A program made the position numbers and the translations under genes. Below the pieces are notes generated by a model. It was not told the origin of the DNA and ran no database searches. It saw only the letters and a list, made by a program, of their open reading frames with translations. From assembly GCA_964013405.1 (NCBI GenBank), contig CAXGWI010000001.1:56230-120229 (forward strand): 64,000 nt of DNA. Direction: 5' to 3'. Shown here piece after piece: positions 20,190 through 29,674 of the stretch (positions are counted from its first letter, which is position 1; each line of letters begins with the position of its first letter). Source of the stretch: an uncultured Myxococcales bacterium (GTDB lineage: Bacteria > Myxococcota > UBA4151).

Positions 20190-20815
20190 CAGCGACCCTT
20201 GAGCGGCCGCACACGGATATTGCGGATGTGGAGGTCAGTCTTCCAGTTATTGAACCCTAGCCGGTCGTGACCAGGCCCCACTAACGGCTTTTTGTCTGTC
20301 CGCTGCATGAAGGGACGACCGTCGAGAAACCACTCGATGAGCCCTGAGCCGCCATGGAGACTGCGCCTGACCTTCCACTGGTACCAGTGGCCTGGATCCC
20401 ACTTGCCCTTCTTCCGAGTCCGACCGGTTTCATGTTCATCTTCTTTGGCGATCACGGCCAATGAGTTCCCCCAGCCACCGAGAATGCTGATGTAGCCGCT
20501 CTCGTGCCGAACCCCATCACCGCAAAACTCAAGCTTTCCGTCAGGCAGGTCTCGGCCCATCATCTCAAACTCAACCTCGAAGCTGTCGGGGACTTTGCGC
20601 TGGAGCCACAAAGGAAAGCGATTCTCCTCGCCAAGACTGCGCAACACACCATTCTCAACCCGCCAACTCCCGCCAACCGAAGCGAGCACGGTCGGGTCGA
20701 TCTGCGATCCAAAATCGATCCGAAGCTCCTCGGTGAGCAGGGGAACCTCAGCACCGGCAGGCATGCGGCAGGCACCGGCGCAGATGAGCAATAGGCAGAC
20801 GACCCGCAACGGCAA
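20189..20815 (-). CDS. Putative lipoprotein, Trp-rich beta-sandwich (ConA/lectin-like)
   Basis: Lipobox-like 'LLLICAGAC'; 'PLWLQRKVP..FEVEF', 'GYISILGGWGNS', 'LGFNNW'; its stop overlaps the murA start. Confidence 0.55.
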   Translation of the reverse strand: MPLRVVCLLLICAGACRMPAGAEVPLLTEELRIDFGSQIDPTVLASVGGSWRVENGVLRSLGEENRFPLWLQRKVPDSFEVEFEMMGRDLPDGKLEFCGDGVRHESGYISILGGWGNSLAVIAKEDEHETGRTRKKGKWDPGHWYQWKVRRSLHGGSGLIEWFLDGRPFMQRTDKKPLVGPGHDRLGFNNWKTDLHIRNIRVRPLKGR

Positions 20816-21051
20816 ACTCCTCGCTTGGTGTCGCTGCCTACCCGAAGCCTGGTCTGTTGCAAACGGCTTTACGGTGGAAGGCCCGAAAGTGAACTTGTCG
20901 CGCTCCAGGCCGCGGGCTACGCCCCAGGCAGGAGGACAAGGTCCTGCAGCCCGAGAGCCCAGAAGAAAAAGCTGCCCACGAAGCGCAGCGCTATTTTATC
21001 GCCGCCCAGACCCGTAACGAACGTCGGATTTGGGCCGTCCTGGGGCCAATT

Positions 21052-22923
21052 ATGCTCCTGGGGGCGATCACGATCTACCTCATGTGGAAGTTTAGCGACC
21101 TCCCAACCTCTGGGCTCGTCATTTTCCTCGTCGCCGGTTTAGGGACCCTCTACACCTCATTACTGATCTTCTGGCGGGGGCCTATTTCCACTTGGCTCGC
21201 CTTCGTCCTGGTAACGCTTGAGGGCTGTCTCGCACCGGCAATCCTTTGGAGCGACGCTTCGTTCGACCTCACCTTGGCCCGGGAGAGTTCGGCTGCCGGG
21301 GTTGCCTTCGTTGCCGTCGCACTCGCTGGACTTCGCTATCGCCCCTGGCTGGTCGTCTACGCAGGGCTCATTGGCGGTGGTTTGACGGCCATCGGCTATC
21401 CTGTGTTCTGTCCAAGCGGCGCGAACGACGCCATCTTCTGTCACCCGGGCCTTTATTGGTGGCGGCCCATCTTCCTCCTCCTCGTCGCCTTCGCCGGTGC
21501 GCTGACCGTCTCTGCTGCGCTGCGAACCTTCGCCGTCACCGAGCGCACCATCTACGAAAAAGAGGAGACAGGTCGGCTCGCCGCCGCCAAACAACTGTTC
21601 TTAGCCAGTGTCACCCACGAGCTGCGCACGCCGCTCAACTCCATCCTCGTGCTCTCAAGACTTTTGAAGGAGTCGGAGGAACAGACCCCAAAAGGGAAGG
21701 AACAGGCAGAGGTGATTCACAATGCGGGCTCAAGCTTGCTCGCACTGATCAACGATATCCTCGATCTCTCCAAAATCGAGGCGGGGGCCATGGAACTGAG
21801 TCCAAAGCCAACGCACTTAGCCTCCTTTGCAGAAGCGTTAGAGTTGCTCTTCGAGCCAATTGCTCGGGAGAAGGAACTCGCTTTCGTTGTACGCAAAGTC
21901 GCAGGCACACCGAAAGAGATCGTCGTCGACCGTTTACGCCTCGATCAAATCCTTCGCAATCTCGTCGGTAACGCACTGAAATTCACGGAAGCGGGTCGGG
22001 TGACGGTGATGATTCACCCGGTCGATGATGGTTGTCTCCAGCGACTTCTAGACCAAGGTCGAGCGGGCGTCATCGCAGACAGCCGGGATGACTACGTCGC
22101 ATTCTCTGTCCGAGACACCGGCCTCGGCATCAACCAGCAAGCACAACAGCAAATCTTCTCGGCCTTCGTTCAAGCCGATGCGACCACTGCCCAACGTTTT
22201 GGCGGCACGGGCCTGGGTCTCTCCATTTGTGCCCAACTGACCAAACTGATGGGCGGCGAGCTGGGTGTCGAATCCTCTGAGGGCCTGGGCGCAACCTTCA
22301 CCCTTCTGCTGCCCGTCGCCCAGCTGGATGCAGGGTCTGACACGCTCCTTGAAGAGGACGTAACCCTCATCGAGGACGCCCCCAGCGATCTCGCAGAAGA
22401 CCTGGTCGAGATCACAAATCCTGGAACGGCAGCAACGACCCGAATCCGGGGCGAAGTGCTCCGTAGCGTCGCACTGACCAACATCTCGCCGGCCGCGGCC
22501 ACCGCCGAGGAGAGCTCCACTTCAGTCGGTCAGTTATGGGCGAGCCCCGCAACCGAGGAGTCGAGTCGAACAACGCCGGGAACATATCACGATAAAAGGG
22601 CTGTGATCGCCCATGAGGATATCCTGACAAATTACCGGGCGGCATCGGCCCTTGAGGCCCTAGGACTCGAGGTCGTCTCCCGGACCTCCGAAGCGGAGGT
22701 CAGCCCGATTCTCCAAAGGTCGGTGCCCCCGGATCTCCTCTTGGTCTCGCCCGATCTCGCCCATCTTGCGGCAGCTACCACGGCACCCACCATCTTGATT
22801 TGTCATGACGAACAAGCGGAGCCCCCCCTTCCCGATGGGATTGCCGACGTCCTCTTTGCACCGGTGGATGGGCTACGCCTAAAGGCTTTGCTCGATGCCC
22901 ACTTGGCCGGGGGGGAGACATGA
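21052..22923 (+). CDS. Membrane hybrid sensor histidine kinase with degenerate C-terminal receiver (true start may be upstream, near 20944)
   Basis: H-box FLASVTHELRTPLNSI, N-box NLVGNALKFT, G1 DTGLGI, F-box FVQAD, G2 GGTGLGLSI; several N-terminal TMs. Confidence 0.88.
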   Translation: MLLGAITIYLMWKFSDLPTSGLVIFLVAGLGTLYTSLLIFWRGPISTWLAFVLVTLEGCLAPAILWSDASFDLTLARESSAAGVAFVAVALAGLRYRPWLVVYAGLIGGGLTAIGYPVFCPSGANDAIFCHPGLYWWRPIFLLLVAFAGALTVSAALRTFAVTERTIYEKEETGRLAAAKQLFLASVTHELRTPLNSILVLSRLLKESEEQTPKGKEQAEVIHNAGSSLLALINDILDLSKIEAGAMELSPKPTHLASFAEALELLFEPIAREKELAFVVRKVAGTPKEIVVDRLRLDQILRNLVGNALKFTEAGRVTVMIHPVDDGCLQRLLDQGRAGVIADSRDDYVAFSVRDTGLGINQQAQQQIFSAFVQADATTAQRFGGTGLGLSICAQLTKLMGGELGVESSEGLGATFTLLLPVAQLDAGSDTLLEEDVTLIEDAPSDLAEDLVEITNPGTAATTRIRGEVLRSVALTNISPAAATAEESSTSVGQLWASPATEESSRTTPGTYHDKRAVIAHEDILTNYRAASALEALGLEVVSRTSEAEVSPILQRSVPPDLLLVSPDLAHLAAATTAPTILICHDEQAEPPLPDGIADVLFAPVDGLRLKALLDAHLAGGET

Positions 22924-22976
22924 AGAATCTGCGCTGCATCTTGACCCTCCGGCCTGCCTCCCCGTAGGGGCCAGAC

Positions 22977-23981
22977 ATGAAGATCAGTCTGATCATTCCC
23001 TGTTTCAATGAGGAGGAGAGCCTACCGCTGCTCATCCAAGAGATCGACGCGGTGATCGACGGTGAAGGACTGGATGCAGAAGTCCTCCTCATCGACGATG
23101 GCTCCATGGACGCCACCCCCGACCTGATCCGCAAGGCATCTAGGGCGCGCCCTGAGCGATATAAAGGCATCATTTTCCGGCGCAACCACGGCCAGACCGC
23201 GGCCATGCTCGCGGGGATGGACCACGCATCAGGAGACGTTCTGGTGCCGCTGGACGCAGACTTACAAAACCCTCCTTCTGAAATCCCAAAACTGCTCGCC
23301 AAACTTGAAGAAGGCTACGACGTGGTCAGTGGCTGGCGCAAAGATCGACAGGACAAGGCCCTGACCCGAAAGCTCCCTAGTCGCATGGCGAACTGGCTTA
23401 TCGGTAAAATCGGCGGCTTACCCCTCCACGATTATGGCTGCAGTCTCAAAGCCTACCGACGAGAGGTGATTCAGGGGGTTCGGCTCTACGGCGAGATGCA
23501 CCGCTTCATTCCCATCTACGCCAAGTGGCAGGGTGCTCGCGTGACGGAACTTCCAGTGGAACACCGAGCACGAGCGCTGGGTACCAGTAAATATGGTCTG
23601 AACCGGACCTTCAAAGTCCTGCTCGATCTCCTGACCGTCAAGTTCCTCGGCGATTACGGACAAAAGCCCATCTATTTCTTTGGTGGCCTCGGCATGTTCC
23701 TTTGTGGACTTGGCACCCTATCCGCCATCGAAACATTGGTCGAAAAGGCGCTTTGGGGGGTGAAAGTCCACACCAACCCCTTCATCATTTTGGCTGTCTT
23801 TCTCTTTATCGTCGGGGTCCAAGCCATCATGATGGGCCTGTTGGCGGATCTGCAGATGCGGACCTTCTACGAGAGTCAGGACAAGCGGACCTACCTCGTG
23901 TTGGAGACCTGTGGACTTGATGGGGAAGCACCCGAATTCACCGAATCGCCGACACAGCAATTTTCACCAGAAGACGCCTAG
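22977..23981 (+). CDS. GT2 polyprenyl-phosphate glycosyltransferase (ArnC/GtrB-like)
   Basis: IIPCFNEEE, DDGS, RNHGQTAA, DADLQNPP, GYDVVSGWR and HRFIP, with two C-terminal TMs. Confidence 0.92.
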   Translation: MKISLIIPCFNEEESLPLLIQEIDAVIDGEGLDAEVLLIDDGSMDATPDLIRKASRARPERYKGIIFRRNHGQTAAMLAGMDHASGDVLVPLDADLQNPPSEIPKLLAKLEEGYDVVSGWRKDRQDKALTRKLPSRMANWLIGKIGGLPLHDYGCSLKAYRREVIQGVRLYGEMHRFIPIYAKWQGARVTELPVEHRARALGTSKYGLNRTFKVLLDLLTVKFLGDYGQKPIYFFGGLGMFLCGLGTLSAIETLVEKALWGVKVHTNPFIILAVFLFIVGVQAIMMGLLADLQMRTFYESQDKRTYLVLETCGLDGEAPEFTESPTQQFSPEDA

Positions 23982-25859
23982 ATGTGTGGGGTCATCGGCT
24001 GGATCGGCCAGCCGGGCAGTTCACCGAACGAAGCCTTGATCGAACGAGCGATGACTCGTCTGCACCATCGCGGTCCCGATGGTCGTGGTTATAGCGAACG
24101 TGACCATGTGGGACTGGGTCACACCCGACTGGCGATCATCGACCTGGCCGGCGCGAAGCAACCCATGGCCCATGACTCCGGCTTGCGGATTAGCTTCAAC
24201 GGCGAAATCTACAACTTCCGTGCCCTCCGCAATCGACTCGAGGGCCTGGGGCATCGCTTTGTGCTGAACTCGGATACCGAGGTCCTGGCTGCCGCCTGTG
24301 CCCAGTGGGGGCCGGAGGCGGTAGATCACCTTGAGGGAATGTATGCGTTTGTCGTCGATGACCCCGAGCGGGACCTGGTGTGGGCCGCCCGTGACCCCTT
24401 AGGGCAAAAGCCCCTTTACGCCTGCGATGCTCGCTTTCAACCCCAGGCTGCTTGGCTCTTTGTCAGCGAACTGAAAGCTGTGCTCCCTGAGGCGGAGCGA
24501 CGAGTCGACCGGGAGGCAGCACTTCGTTTTCTCACCTATGACTTCGTCCCCGACGAGGAGGGGATTTTTCAGGGGGTCCAAAAACTTCGCCCCGGTGAAG
24601 TCTGGTGCCTGCAACGATCCCAACCGGGCGAACCCCACAGGCGACGCTTCTTCCCCCTTCATCCCGGGGCAAAAATTGAAAGCACCGCAGACTACCTTGA
24701 AGGCTTAGAAACCAGGCTCGACGACGCTGTTCAGCGCCGTCTGGTCTCCGATGTCCCCCTGGGTGTGTTCTTGTCTGGTGGTATCGATTCATCCCTGATC
24801 ACCGCCTTCGCAGTCCGACACCGAAAAGCGGGCGGTTTAAAAACCTTTGCGATCGGATTTGAAGAGAAGATTTTTGACGAGCGACATCACGCGCAAGCGG
24901 TCGCCGACCATCTCGGCACGGACCATCACTGTCGCGTCGTCACCGCCCAGCATCTTCTCGACGTGGTCCCCACCATTCTCAGCCATCAAGACGAACCCTT
25001 CGGCGACCCCTCCTTGATTCCCACCTATCTGCTGAGTCAGTTCGCCCGGGAACAAGTGACGGTGGCCCTCGGCGGCGATGGCGGAGATGAACTCTTTCTC
25101 GGCTATCCCACCTTCGTCGCGGAATCCTTGCGAAAGCCGTTTCGGTGGTTCCCTCGGCTCGGCTGGAAAGCAAGTGCCGCCGCCGCCCAACTCCTCCCGG
25201 TCGGTCAAGGGCATTACCCCCTCGATTACAAAGTGAAACGCTTCCTCGCTGGCTCGTCTCGCCCCCTTCCCGACCGGCACCAGGTCTGGATCGGTGGCGC
25301 GACCCCCGAGGTCCTCAGGCGGCTCGCCCCCGGCTTGAACGAGGAGGAGCTCTTTGCGCCGAGTCGACGATCCTGGGCTGCGAGCCGTGGCGATGATTTC
25401 GAGCGCTTGACCCAGCTTTATGCCGAGCACTACTTGGCCGCTGGCGTCCTGCAAAAAGCGGATCGAGCATCGATGATGGTGAGCTTGGAACTTCGGGCCC
25501 CCTTTCTCGACCGGGGGGTCGTTCGCCATGCCCTGCAGGCCCCCCACGCACTGCGCATTTCCGGCAGACAGACCAAAATTGCGCTGCGTCGCTTGGCCCA
25601 GCGCATGCTCCCCACCAGCATCACGGAACGCCCGAAAAAAGGCTTCGGCATTCCCCTGTCTGACTGGCTACGGGGCCCCTTGCGATCCTGGCTCGAGGAA
25701 CAACTGGATGCCGACCGAATCAAGCAGCAGGATCTGTTTGCGCCGAGTGAAGTACGAGATCTCTTGGCCGAACACCTGCGCGGCCAATGTGACCACGGTA
25801 AACTCCTGTGGAATCTCGCCTGCCTCTCTGCCTTTCTGAGTCGGAGTCACTCGCCATGA
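23982..25859 (+). CDS. asnB: Asparagine synthase (glutamine-hydrolysing) family amidotransferase
   Basis: N-terminal MCG (Ntn Cys), HRGPD, FNGEIYN, LSGGIDSS, GDGGDELF, ELRAPFLD and RPKKGF. Confidence 0.92.
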   Translation: MCGVIGWIGQPGSSPNEALIERAMTRLHHRGPDGRGYSERDHVGLGHTRLAIIDLAGAKQPMAHDSGLRISFNGEIYNFRALRNRLEGLGHRFVLNSDTEVLAAACAQWGPEAVDHLEGMYAFVVDDPERDLVWAARDPLGQKPLYACDARFQPQAAWLFVSELKAVLPEAERRVDREAALRFLTYDFVPDEEGIFQGVQKLRPGEVWCLQRSQPGEPHRRRFFPLHPGAKIESTADYLEGLETRLDDAVQRRLVSDVPLGVFLSGGIDSSLITAFAVRHRKAGGLKTFAIGFEEKIFDERHHAQAVADHLGTDHHCRVVTAQHLLDVVPTILSHQDEPFGDPSLIPTYLLSQFAREQVTVALGGDGGDELFLGYPTFVAESLRKPFRWFPRLGWKASAAAAQLLPVGQGHYPLDYKVKRFLAGSSRPLPDRHQVWIGGATPEVLRRLAPGLNEEELFAPSRRSWAASRGDDFERLTQLYAEHYLAAGVLQKADRASMMVSLELRAPFLDRGVVRHALQAPHALRISGRQTKIALRRLAQRMLPTSITERPKKGFGIPLSDWLRGPLRSWLEEQLDADRIKQQDLFAPSEVRDLLAEHLRGQCDHGKLLWNLACLSAFLSRSHSP

Positions 25860-26692
25860 CACGGCTGCTGGACTACGCCTTGCTGCTCGGACTCGCGGTT
25901 GCCGTGCTGTTGTCGGCGGCCGGCTTCATGCCGCAAGCCCCCGACCTGCCGGATTCAGCCTGGCTAAAGGCCGGTCGAACGCTGGCAAAAAGAGCCTCCC
26001 GGCAGGACACGATCCTCCTCAATAATGGGGGCTCAACTGAGGGGCTTGCTCTCTTGCGAGACCAAGAACTCAAGCCCTTACTCGCGCTTCCTGAGCCTCG
26101 GGGGCGGGTCCAAAAGCTCTGGGTCCTTGGGCGTCGGGCCAAGCCACCGGCCGGCCTCGATGCCTTTCATCCAACCGGCCCAGCCGAAGCCGTGGCGCCC
26201 GGTCTCACCTTGTGGTCACTGCAAAGACCGGGAGGCTCGACCCTTTGGCGGGCATCGGAGGCCCTCGAAATGGCCGCGATCACAGTCGGAAAAACCCGCT
26301 GTTCCGGCCATCATCCGGCCGGTCGAAGCTGCCCAGGCTTACCAGATTGGATGCGCGTCACCCGAGAGCAAGTCACGATAAGCGGACGCAGTCACCACTG
26401 CCTTTGGGCCCATCCTCCTGCCCAGGGAACACCCCTGGTCATCGACTTCGGGCCTGTCCCTGAGGGAGAACTTCTCTTACGACACGGTCTCTCGGATGCC
26501 GCCAGTCGTTCGGGGAATACGTCCCCGGTCGAACTCAGGATTTTTAGTGCCCATGGAGAGCGACTCCTGCGGGCCCATAACCAGGCTGGTTTCCAGGCCG
26601 AGCGCTTGGCCGTGAAGGGACGACTCAAACTGAAAATCCGGGCCCAAAAGGATGGGATGAGGCATTATTGCTTCAGCGCGGAGATCCGATGA
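25856..26692 (+). CDS. Membrane-anchored hypothetical protein
   Basis: N-terminal TM and a C-terminal beta-rich 'CLWAHPP...HGLSD' domain; ATGA overlaps with both neighbours. Confidence 0.65.
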   Translation: MTRLLDYALLLGLAVAVLLSAAGFMPQAPDLPDSAWLKAGRTLAKRASRQDTILLNNGGSTEGLALLRDQELKPLLALPEPRGRVQKLWVLGRRAKPPAGLDAFHPTGPAEAVAPGLTLWSLQRPGGSTLWRASEALEMAAITVGKTRCSGHHPAGRSCPGLPDWMRVTREQVTISGRSHHCLWAHPPAQGTPLVIDFGPVPEGELLLRHGLSDAASRSGNTSPVELRIFSAHGERLLRAHNQAGFQAERLAVKGRLKLKIRAQKDGMRHYCFSAEIR

Positions 26693-28296
26693 GTGCCCGG
26701 CTTCGAAATCCAGCGCTGCTTGTGTTCTTCCTGGTCTTTGTGGCTGCGGCCCTCACCTTGCCAGAGGTGGGTGTTACGGACGATGACGACTTCTATTTGC
26801 CAGCGGGGCACAGTTACTTTCGCTGGTCTCGTCGGGTGGTGAGCGAGCCAAGCGCCGCCTTACGTCAAGATCAACTGGACGCCCACTGGAGCCCGAACCG
26901 GGAGCATCCGCCGCTTGCGAAGTGGTTTATCGGGCTCGGCCGTTACCTAGGCCACGAGCTTTCCGGTTGGATGCCGGCTCTCGATGCGGGCCGGCTTGGT
27001 ACCTGTTTCTTCTTCGCTTTGGTCGTGGCGCTCATCTTCGCCCTCGCCCGAGAGCGACTCGGTCTAGGACCGGCCATTTTTGCGGCGGCTGCCTTTGTTC
27101 TCATCCCGAGACTCGCTTTTCATGGACGTGTGGCCACCCTCGATATGCCCGTAGCTGCCATGAGCACCCTCTTTTTCTTTGCCTTTTGGCGTCTGCATCG
27201 GACCCGATCGGCCAAAGCCATTTTACTCATGACCTTGGCCTTTGGCTTGGCCCTCTCCACGAAATTAAACGCCCCCTTTACCCTACTGGCTTGCGGGGTG
27301 TTTTGGCTGCTGGAAAGCCTGCCCGAGTTCCGACGAAACCGAGAAGGCATCCAGCTGCCTGATCTGCCCCTCTGGCTGCTGATCATCCCCGTCGGTGGCT
27401 TGCTGATTCAGGTGGCCCTGTGGCCTTGGCTTTGGCCTGATGTTATCGGCCGCTTCAGCGAATACGTCCGCTTCCATACCGGTCACTACCCGATCTACCT
27501 TTTCTATGAAGGGCAGATTTGGGAACGCCCATTTGCCCCTTGGCACGCCCCCTTTGCCCATACCTGGGCCGTGCTCCCCACCTCCCTCTTGTTTGCAGCC
27601 CTCGTTGGCTTTGCCGTGCTCCTGCGCCAGGCCTTTGGCTTCGAGCGCTTCGATGAACGCCCGGGCCCCGATGAAGGGATGTTCGCCCGTTACCTTTTGA
27701 TCCACGGCTTCATCGCCATCGGCACCGTCGCTTTTAGCCCAGTCCCCAAATATGGCGGCATCAAACTCTTTCTGCCCTTCTTTCCCCTCCTCGCCATCGC
27801 CATGGGCTTCGGGATGAAGCGGTTGCTCGAATGCCTGCCGAAAAAGCCGTGGGCGGTGCCTGTGCTCGCCGGCCTCTTGCTGTCGGGCGGTGCCATCGAC
27901 AGTTGGAAGTTCCGGGGCCAAGCCCTCTCAAGCTTCGGGGCCCATGTGGGTGGTCTCTCCGGTGCTGTTCAGCGTGGCTATGAGCGACAATATTATGATG
28001 TCTTCGATCGCCATATGGCCCGTTGGCTCAGCGAGAACACCCCGAAAAGTGGACGGGTTTACTTCGAACCAAACCACAAAGAGTACGTCCGCAGCGGTCC
28101 CTACCTGAAGCGTACAGGGGACCTACGCAGCGATATCCGGCTGCGTGGGGGGCACCGGGCTGATATCGTCGTTCTCACCCACGAGCGGCGGTGGCGAACC
28201 TTCGCCGACCTCGCCGAGAAACTTAAGCACCGGCCCGTTCTCTACGAACACCGAGTTGACGGTGTCGTCCTTTGGACTGCCTTCGGTCGCGACTAG
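26689..28296 (+). CDS. GT-C fold glycosyltransferase (ArnT/PMT_2-like)
   Basis: Acidic 'TDDDDFY' after TM1, 'EHPPLAK', 'HGRVATLD', 'LSTKLNA'; many TMs. Confidence 0.8.
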   Translation: MSARLRNPALLVFFLVFVAAALTLPEVGVTDDDDFYLPAGHSYFRWSRRVVSEPSAALRQDQLDAHWSPNREHPPLAKWFIGLGRYLGHELSGWMPALDAGRLGTCFFFALVVALIFALARERLGLGPAIFAAAAFVLIPRLAFHGRVATLDMPVAAMSTLFFFAFWRLHRTRSAKAILLMTLAFGLALSTKLNAPFTLLACGVFWLLESLPEFRRNREGIQLPDLPLWLLIIPVGGLLIQVALWPWLWPDVIGRFSEYVRFHTGHYPIYLFYEGQIWERPFAPWHAPFAHTWAVLPTSLLFAALVGFAVLLRQAFGFERFDERPGPDEGMFARYLLIHGFIAIGTVAFSPVPKYGGIKLFLPFFPLLAIAMGFGMKRLLECLPKKPWAVPVLAGLLLSGGAIDSWKFRGQALSSFGAHVGGLSGAVQRGYERQYYDVFDRHMARWLSENTPKSGRVYFEPNHKEYVRSGPYLKRTGDLRSDIRLRGGHRADIVVLTHERRWRTFADLAEKLKHRPVLYEHRVDGVVLWTAFGRD

Positions 28297-28310
28297 CCCG
28301 TCCGTCGAAC

Positions 28311-29582
28311 CTAGGGTGAAACCCGACGACCACGAATCCACGTCCCAGCAATGTCCTGTGCGCTGCCGAGAATGATGGCCGCAAAAACCTGCTCCTCAAG
28401 GCGGTCGCAGCGAGACCAACGCTGGGCCAGCCAACTCCCTTCTGGCGGCTGAAGCAGAATAAAATCCGCTCGCTTACCAGGCTCCAAACTACCGATCCTG
28501 TCAGCCATTCCAAGAACCCCCGCACTTCCCAAGGTCGCGAGGGACAGTAGATCTTCGACGGAGATGCTCGCCCCTTGAAGGCGCTGCACCTGATAGCAAG
28601 CCTTTAGGCTCTCCAGCATGCACAGAGAGGTGCCTGCGCCCACATCGGTGCCCAGCCCCACGGAGACCCCGGCCTCGCGGGCCCGCCGGAGATCGAAGAG
28701 GCCACTACCGAGAAAGAGGTTCGCCGTCGGACAATGGACAAGACTGCTCCGGCTCGCCGCCAAGGCCGACCACTCTCGGTCACCAAGATGGACGCCATGG
28801 GCAAAGGAGCTTCTTGACCCCAGCATACCGAAGGACTCGTAAACGGCCGTGTAGTCTGCCGCTTCTGGATGAAGCTCTGCAACCCACGTCTGCTCAGCTA
28901 GCGTCTCCGCCAGGTGGCTTTGCAGAAGCGCCTCAGGATGCTGGGCTAAAATCTCTGCGCAACGGGCCATCGCCTCCTCGCTGCAGCTGGGAACAAAACG
29001 GGGCAGCAAGCCCAAGCGCAGGTCCGGGCCCATCAGGCCGATCAGGTGGTGACTAATCGCTGCACTATCCGCAGGCGTTTTCAGTAACTCGGCCGGCCCG
29101 TTGCGATCCATCCAGACATTGCCGGTCACCGCTGCCAGTTGGCGCCGGTTCAGTTCGGAGACCAGCGCTTCCATCGCCCCCTGATACGAGACGCCGAAGA
29201 TGAACGCGGCCGTCGTCCCCTGCCGGGCCAACTCGTCGAGGAATTGCCCCGCTAAAGCCTCCGCATAGGCTTGATCTGCGCATTCGATCTCGGCGGGAAA
29301 CGTATATCGCTCGAGCCAGGTCAGGAGGCTTTCCCCGTGGCTCCCCGCCATGAGGTATTGGGGAAAATGGACATGGGCATCGACAAAGCCTGGCAGCAAA
29401 AGGCCAGAGCCATGATCGATCACATTCGCCGTTGGGTAGGCCTGAATCAGTGGCTCTGCGTCGCCCACGGCGGCAATGGAGCCCTCGCCATCTACAAGGA
29501 GGGCGCCTCGCTCAAGCCAGCGAAAGCCCTGCTCGGCGGTGGGGCTGACCACCGCACCCAAGTGAAGATTCATCGGCACCAA
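28311..29582 (-). CDS. guaD: Guanine deaminase
   Basis: PGFVDAHVHFPQ, LLTWLERYTFPAE, PRF, QSHLAE, HCPTANLFLGSG and GTDVGAGTS. Confidence 0.93.
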   Translation of the reverse strand: MVPMNLHLGAVVSPTAEQGFRWLERGALLVDGEGSIAAVGDAEPLIQAYPTANVIDHGSGLLLPGFVDAHVHFPQYLMAGSHGESLLTWLERYTFPAEIECADQAYAEALAGQFLDELARQGTTAAFIFGVSYQGAMEALVSELNRRQLAAVTGNVWMDRNGPAELLKTPADSAAISHHLIGLMGPDLRLGLLPRFVPSCSEEAMARCAEILAQHPEALLQSHLAETLAEQTWVAELHPEAADYTAVYESFGMLGSRSSFAHGVHLGDREWSALAASRSSLVHCPTANLFLGSGLFDLRRAREAGVSVGLGTDVGAGTSLCMLESLKACYQVQRLQGASISVEDLLSLATLGSAGVLGMADRIGSLEPGKRADFILLQPPEGSWLAQRWSRCDRLEEQVFAAIILGSAQDIAGTWIRGRRVSP

Positions 29583-29674
29583 TCGTGTCCACTCCTGCGC
29601 ACCATCGACCAGTAAAGGCTAGAGGCAGGAGCTTGTCTAGATTCTCGACGAGATTTGGGCTCCTGAGAAGCGAG

